Positions 38,469 through 42,698 of a stretch of DNA of 42,698 nucleotides are shown here, piece by piece (position 1 is the first letter of the stretch; the number at the start of each line of letters is the position of its first letter). The position numbers were made by a program, and so were the translations under genes. The DNA lies in sequence record DRR723986_2999. One strand, given 5' to 3'. Below the pieces are notes generated by a model. It did not search any database. It was given only the letters and a program-made list of their open reading frames with translations, and was not told the origin of the DNA.

Positions 38469-39272
38469 ATGCTGCCCAAGCCGTATTGGCAAGACATGAC
38501 AACCCTCGACTTTCAGTCGCAAGGAGTTGAAGACTGGATCGCGGTTCTTCCCGTTGCGGCCATCGAACAGCACGGCCCGCATTTGCCACTGTCGACGGAC
38601 ACGACGATCGCAGAAGGTCAGGTCAAGCGGGTACTCGAGCTTCTGCCCACTGGTCTGCCTGTGACTTTCCTACCCGTACAGGCCGTCGGCAAATCGGACG
38701 AACACATCTCTTCACCCGGCACATTGACCTTGGCCTGGGACACGGTCACGCGCGCCTGGCTAGAGCTGGGCGAAAGCGTCGCTCGTGCCGGAATTCGCAA
38801 ACTTGTGCTGATCAACTCCCACGGCGGCAACGTTCCTGTTCTGGATATCGTGGCGCGGGAGCTACGCGTGAAACACGACATGTTCGTCACCGCCACCAAC
38901 TGGCTGCGGTTCGGTCAGCCCGACGGGCTGTATGCCGACGCGGAATTCACCTACGGCATTCATGGCGGCGACATCGAAACATCACTGATGTTACATCTGC
39001 GTCCGGATCTTGTCCGCATGGAGCTTGCCACCGATTTTCCCTCGGAACAGCAAACCTACCTGCAGGAATTCAAGCATCTGCGTGGCCACGGCAAAGCCCA
39101 ATACGGCTGGAAGGCGCAGGACCTAAACGTAACGGGCGCGCTCGGCAACGCCTCGCTGGCCACGGCTGAAAAGGGTCGGCAATCGCTCGATCACGCGGCA
39201 CGCGGCTTTATCGAGCTGCTTGAGGACGTCAACAACTTCGATCTTGCAAGGCTCTGGTCACCGGCACCTTGA
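38469..39272 (+). CDS. Creatininase family amidohydrolase
   Basis: EQHGPHLPLSTD, SDEH, NSHGGN, HGGDIETS, GALGNA. Confidence 0.93.
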   Translation: MLPKPYWQDMTTLDFQSQGVEDWIAVLPVAAIEQHGPHLPLSTDTTIAEGQVKRVLELLPTGLPVTFLPVQAVGKSDEHISSPGTLTLAWDTVTRAWLELGESVARAGIRKLVLINSHGGNVPVLDIVARELRVKHDMFVTATNWLRFGQPDGLYADAEFTYGIHGGDIETSLMLHLRPDLVRMELATDFPSEQQTYLQEFKHLRGHGKAQYGWKAQDLNVTGALGNASLATAEKGRQSLDHAARGFIELLEDVNNFDLARLWSPAP

Positions 39273-39340
39273 GACCAGCCGGAAATCGTCCCAAGCTTGC
39301 CGGGACGGCTTGAGCTTACGCGAAGGGAAGCATTCAATTT

Positions 39341-39360
39341 CGTAATATAGCAATATTACG
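39341..39360. promoter_or_regulatory. Perfect AT-rich palindrome, candidate operator
   Basis: CGTAATAT-agca-ATATTACG in the AT-rich spacer upstream of the LysR gene. Confidence 0.55.
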
Positions 39361-39500
39361 GAATTAAAGCAGGTATTATTCGCGTTTATTCAGCTAAACC
39401 CACAAGAATACACAACAATTCTCTGTATGTGTTGACCTGCACCTGTTTAGGCGACACATTAATAAAGGTGGAGATTTGAGAGGGCGGTTCTCGCAGAACC

Positions 39501-40439
39501 ATGAATCTTTCTATTCGGCAACTGGCGACCTTTCGAGAGGTCATGCGAAGTGGCTCGATTTCTGAAGCCGCGCGTACGCTTGGCCGGACGCAACCTGCAG
39601 TCAGCTCCACAATCGCGGGTCTTGAAACCGAACTGGAATTGAAACTGTTCGTTCGCGAGCAAGGCCGTCTGGTTCCGACACCGGAAGCGGAATTCTTCCT
39701 GGAAGAAGCGGAAGCCATTCTCAAGCGGCTGGAAATTTCCAAGCGCACCCTGCGCGGTCTCGCCAACCGGGAACACGGCCAACTGCGGGTCGCTGGCATA
39801 CCGGAAGCGACGGCCGATTTCCTGCCCAACAGCCTGTCGAAGTTCATTGCCGACAAGCCAAGCGTCAAGGTTGCCCTGGCCAGCAGAACGTCAGCCGAAA
39901 TCGAGGAACTGATCGCCGCGCAGCAATTCGATATCGGATTTGCCGAAACACCGAGAGCTCGAAATTCCTTCGACCAGATCGACTTTGACCTGGAATGCAT
40001 GTGCGCGATCCCCGCGACCGATCCCCTGGCCTCGAAGGAAGTCATTACCCCGACTGAACTGGATGGATATCCGTTGGCGTTGCTTCATTCAGAACATCGC
40101 AGCCACCGGCAGACACTCGCCCGATTTCGCGATGCCGGTGTCCGTTTCAACCAGCGCTTCGAACTTCAGACGGCCTGGCTTGGGCTCCGCTTCGTCGAAG
40201 CAGGCCTCTGCGCCCTGATGTGCGACATGATCACGGCCTACAACGCGCAGGAAAAAGGTCGGCTCGGCATGGGCCCACCCATGATCGTCTTTCGTCCGTT
40301 CCGGCCGCGCATACAGAACAGCCTGTCGATACTCACACCGACCCACCGGCCGATTTCCATTGTCGCCAAGGACTTTTGCGACTTCCTTGCCGCGGAAGTG
40401 GAAAGCATCCGCACATCCATGATCAAGCGGACAGCCTGA
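39501..40439 (+). CDS. LysR family transcriptional regulator
   Basis: IRQLATF, GSISEAARTLGRTQPAVS, LFVREQGRLVPT.EA, QFDIGF. Confidence 0.93.
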   Translation: MNLSIRQLATFREVMRSGSISEAARTLGRTQPAVSSTIAGLETELELKLFVREQGRLVPTPEAEFFLEEAEAILKRLEISKRTLRGLANREHGQLRVAGIPEATADFLPNSLSKFIADKPSVKVALASRTSAEIEELIAAQQFDIGFAETPRARNSFDQIDFDLECMCAIPATDPLASKEVITPTELDGYPLALLHSEHRSHRQTLARFRDAGVRFNQRFELQTAWLGLRFVEAGLCALMCDMITAYNAQEKGRLGMGPPMIVFRPFRPRIQNSLSILTPTHRPISIVAKDFCDFLAAEVESIRTSMIKRTA

Positions 40440-40514
40440 TACTTTGCCGGAAACGTCCAGCCCGTATGTTCAGTGGTGTCGGGAAGCAGGTTTTCGACGA
40501 CCAAATGCAAGCGA

Positions 40515-40562
40515 CTGACGGCGGTCTCGCCGTCAGACAGGCTGCGGTTCGCATTTTTTTTT
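40515..40562 (+). terminator. Probable terminator (hairpins plus T run)
   Basis: CTGACGGCG-gtct-CGCCGTCAG perfect stem, then TGCG-gtt-CGCA and T9, between convergent genes. Confidence 0.55.
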
Positions 40563-40717
40563 CGCGATATTCCGCAGTCGATGGGGCTTGCACAATCTGT
40601 CAGACGCACGCCTGATCAAAAAAAGTCGAGCTGGCTGCACCGGTATTTCAGTTTGCCCCACCTCCGGACACCCACAGGTTTCTGGCAGGATGTCCGGAAG
40701 GCTGGTCTGTCACCAGA

Positions 40718-41023
40718 TCAGGCGGCTGCGTTCTGGAAAATCGCGCTGTTGGCAGCGACGATGGCAACCGCATTGGTGCGATTTTTCGCCCCGAGACGGG
40801 TGATGGCATTGCGGATATGCGCTTTGACGGTCGCAATCGACACGTCCAGCTCATAGGCAATCTGCTTGTTCACCTTGCCTTCGCACAGCTTCACCATGAT
40901 TTCCAGCTGGCGCGGCGTCACCAGGTCGGTGAGGTTGATCGGCCAACGGATACCTGCGGCGAACGGGCCGGCGCTACCATTGACTGCGGAACTTGTCGGC
41001 AAGGCGAAATGAGCGGTCATCAC
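40718..41023 (-). CDS. Stand-alone LuxR-type HTH regulator
   Basis: VTPRQLEIM...GKVNKQIAYELDVSIATVKAHIRN...LGAKNRT; no receiver or ligand-binding domain. Confidence 0.85.
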   Translation of the reverse strand: MMTAHFALPTSSAVNGSAGPFAAGIRWPINLTDLVTPRQLEIMVKLCEGKVNKQIAYELDVSIATVKAHIRNAITRLGAKNRTNAVAIVAANSAIFQNAAA

Positions 41024-41142
41024 TATGTTCCTTGGGTTTGTATTCCTCCGTGGTGGCAGGACTTTTCATGATTATCCGGCTATTGTAAAATGTTAAAATG
41101 CATACTGCATAATGTTAAAGTTTTGCAATTTGATCCTGAAGG

Positions 41143-42591
41143 ATGCCAAGCGTGAGCAAAAAACTCTATTCCGGCCACACGTTGAGGCAAATCCGCTCGG
41201 ATTTCGGCCTTTCCCAAGTGGAGTTTGCAAAGAAAATCGGCCTGTCCACCGCCTATGTGAACCAGATCGAAAACAACAACCGCCCGGTCACCGCCTCGGT
41301 GTTGCTAACGATTAACAGGATCTTTGGCGTCGATCTGTCGGCTTTCGAGCAGAACGACCTCGACCGGGTGGTGCAGGATCTTCAGGAAATTTTCGCCGAC
41401 ACCCAGTTTCTGACAGCCTCCGTCGGCCGGCAAGAAGTGCATGAGCTGGTCACTCGGGCACCAGGCGTCACCAAGGCGATCATGGATCTTTACGGCGCGC
41501 TGCGGACCTATCACGACCGGGAAGCGAACGAGGACGATCTGGTCCAGCTCGGCGGTAGTCCGGAAAGCGGTCCCGGACCTCGGAAATCCGCTTATGAAGA
41601 GGTCCGCGACTATTTCCACTACATGGACAATTACGTCGACAGCATCGACCGGGCCGCAGAGAAGCTCTCTCTGGAGATCGGACTTTCGAAAGCCCCTTCG
41701 AAGTTCACCGCCCTGACCACCTGGCTTCAGGAACGCTTCGGTATATCGGTCACGGAATTTCCGGACTATCGAGGCACGTTGATCCGTCAGGACGATTTCG
41801 CCCGCACCATCGCGCTCTACAGTGCCATTCCGCAATCGACCAAGAGCTTCCTGCTTGGGTCAGTCGTCGCCGAACTGTGTGTGCGGGACCTCATTTCGGA
41901 AGAGGTCACCAGGGCAAGGTTCAAGACCAAGTCGGCGGAAAGCATCGCGCGGCTGGCCTTGCGGAACTATTTCGCGGGCGCCTTGATTCTGGCCTATGAC
42001 GACTTCCTGAAAACCGCTGCGGAAACCCGGCACGACATCCAGCTTCTGTCCAACCGGTTGGACGCAAGTATCGAGACCGTCTGCCACCGTCTATCGACCC
42101 TGCAACGCCCCGGCGCCAAAGGTCTGCCGTTCTACTTCGTGAAGATCGACCGGGCCGGCAACGTCGTCAAACGCCACAGCGCAACCCGGTTTCAGTTCGC
42201 CCGCTTCGGCGGCTCCTGCCCGCGCTGGAACGTCCATCAGGCCTTTGAACAGAACTCCAACAAGTTCACCTCGCAGGTCGCCCAGATGCCTGACGGAGTA
42301 CGCTATCTTTGCGTGGCGACCAGCATCACCAAACACCAGCCGGACTACCGCAGCGGCGAGCGCCGCTACGCGCTTGGTATCGGCTGCGAGGTGCAATATG
42401 CCGATGCGGTGGTCTATGCCGACGGGCTTGCGGTCGACGAGATCTCCTCGCCCGAGCCCATTGGCGTCAACTGCCGCATCTGCCCTAGGGACAATTGCGA
42501 CCAGCGCGCCTTCCCGGCCGTCGACAAGGAACCTTTCATCGATTCTGGCCAGCGCGGTATCGTTCCGTATCGGGTGAAAGCGGCGGATTAG
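41143..42591 (+). CDS. Short-chain fatty acyl-CoA regulator (ScfR family; RamB/PccR/PrpR-like)
   Basis: XRE HTH (LSQVEFA..IGLS.AYVNQIENNNRP), ETVCHRLSTLQRPG, DRAGNV.KR.SA, GGSCPRW, C-terminal CRICPRDNCDQRAFP. GTG at 41152 is an alternative start. Confidence 0.93.
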   Translation: MPSVSKKLYSGHTLRQIRSDFGLSQVEFAKKIGLSTAYVNQIENNNRPVTASVLLTINRIFGVDLSAFEQNDLDRVVQDLQEIFADTQFLTASVGRQEVHELVTRAPGVTKAIMDLYGALRTYHDREANEDDLVQLGGSPESGPGPRKSAYEEVRDYFHYMDNYVDSIDRAAEKLSLEIGLSKAPSKFTALTTWLQERFGISVTEFPDYRGTLIRQDDFARTIALYSAIPQSTKSFLLGSVVAELCVRDLISEEVTRARFKTKSAESIARLALRNYFAGALILAYDDFLKTAAETRHDIQLLSNRLDASIETVCHRLSTLQRPGAKGLPFYFVKIDRAGNVVKRHSATRFQFARFGGSCPRWNVHQAFEQNSNKFTSQVAQMPDGVRYLCVATSITKHQPDYRSGERRYALGIGCEVQYADAVVYADGLAVDEISSPEPIGVNCRICPRDNCDQRAFPAVDKEPFIDSGQRGIVPYRVKAAD

Positions 42592-42698
42592 GCCCGCTGT
42601 TTCAGGCATTTGCTGCATAACAACAAGAAACGCCACCACACATCTTTCCTCATCCTGAGGAGGACCAACAGGTCCGTCTCGAAGGATGGGCCGCTTGT

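Overview
A GC-rich chromosomal window whose gene content points to an alphaproteobacterium, plausibly a marine Roseibium/Labrenzia-like Hyphomicrobiales organism (inferred, not verified). It holds about 36 protein-coding genes. I saw no rRNA, tRNA, CRISPR array, integrase or transposase. Most genes are routine transport, regulation and metabolism: TRAP DctP with a Cache/NarL two-component pair, PuuD-like amidotransferase, Leu dehydrogenase, COG0523 with WD40, class I aminotransferase, PAS/GAF diguanylate cyclase, USP with BCCT, L,D-transpeptidase with a Pal-like lipoprotein, Ogt, a LysR-VOC-SDR-OYE-cupin cluster, creatininase and an ScfR regulator. The outstanding feature is a three-gene minus-strand locus at 21941-28908. 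It encodes (A) a trypsin-like protease fused to a degenerate STAND-like P-loop domain, (B) a translationally coupled 1032-aa STAND (NLR-like) NTPase with intact motifs, and (C) a trypsin-like protease fused to an EndoG/NucA-type (DRGH) nuclease. Both proteases keep their catalytic triads and a Glu-specific S1 signature, which suggests a sensor-to-protease-to-nuclease antiphage or cell-death cascade. Second-tier findings are a single-chain ZevA-ZevB-like (DUF1007 + NiCoT) fusion preceded by a Zur-like box, a CtrA-like box next to a GANTC site, an orphan ABC ATPase and several unexplained palindromes. Family calls come from reading motifs by eye; no searches were run.
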